Shown one piece after another: positions 63,654-64,000 of a DNA stretch of 64,000 nucleotides. Every line of letters starts with the position of its first letter. Positions within the stretch are counted from its first letter, which is position 1. The stretch is taken from contig JACPLW010000012.1 of NCBI GenBank assembly GCA_016186325.1, positions 18,644 to 82,643 on the forward strand. Reading direction: 5' to 3'. Source of the DNA: Parcubacteria group bacterium (GTDB taxonomy: Bacteria > Patescibacteriota > Minisyncoccia > UBA10092). Under the pieces are notes generated by a model. The model was not told where the DNA came from. It saw nothing but the letters and a program-made list of their open reading frames with translations, and ran no database searches. Both the position numbers and the translations under genes were made by a program.

Positions 63654-63772
63654 GTCCCGGCGATAACTACTTTCCCCGACCATCGAGGGCCGAGTATCAT
63701 CGTCGACACGGTGTTTCACTTCTCTGTTCGGAATGGGAAGAGGTGGTACCACCGCGCTGTTGTCACCAGGAC
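63654..63772 (-). rRNA. rrf: 5S rRNA
   Basis: CCTGGTG...CCACCT.TTCCCATTCCGAACA.AGAAGTGAA...GATGATACT...GGGAAAGTAG. Confidence 0.95.
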
Positions 63773-63845
63773 AACGGGGTTAATGGTGAGCTTTGTCGAA
63801 CCATTAATTTCAGGTTTCAAAATTAAAAACTCATGCTCATATAAG

Positions 63846-64000
63846 GGATGAGTAGATTTCGCTTTATTAGTACGACTTGGCTCAACGCGTTACCGCGCTT
63901 ACACCTGTCGCCTATCAACCTCGTAATCTTCGAGGAAGCTCTTGGGACTTTCGTCCCATCGATACCTAATCTTGGAGATTGCTTCGCGCTTAGATGCTTT
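63846..64000 (-). rRNA. rrl: 23S rRNA, 3' end (continues beyond the window)
   Basis: Reverse complement contains AAAGCATCTAAGCG, GTTGATAGGC, GTACTAAT; end position approximate. Confidence 0.93.

Overview
AT-rich bacterial chromosome segment whose gene content and style point to a Patescibacteria (CPR), probably Parcubacteria, genome (inference). It is mostly housekeeping: proS, mreBCD-mrdA, greA, lysS, serS, obgE, dnaX, sodA, fmt/def, rplI, rpmA, gltX, murG, ftsW, mraY, scpAB, aspS, prfB (+1 frameshift), lepA, murJ, rnhA and rodA. RNA genes are six tRNAs, RNase P RNA, 5S rRNA and the 3' end of 23S rRNA. There is also a LexA-methylase-nuclease/NYN accessory island. Three unusual signals stand out. 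(1) Many miniature palindromic elements. One family (CCCGTTAGAA...TTCTAACGGG, 4-bp target duplications) inserts into start codons and rebuilds them. Another has a full-length member carrying a GIY-YIG nuclease between terminal inverted repeats. A PaaX/Cas2-like gene sits between 42-bp palindromic direct repeats. Many copies sit in frame inside proteins and inside RNase P RNA. (2) An unexplained ~490-nt highly structured non-coding transcription unit (25075-25573) with a near-consensus promoter and a terminator, plus smaller orphan transcription units. (3) A terminator-containing leader upstream of obgE. No CRISPR array, integrase or classical transposase was recognised.
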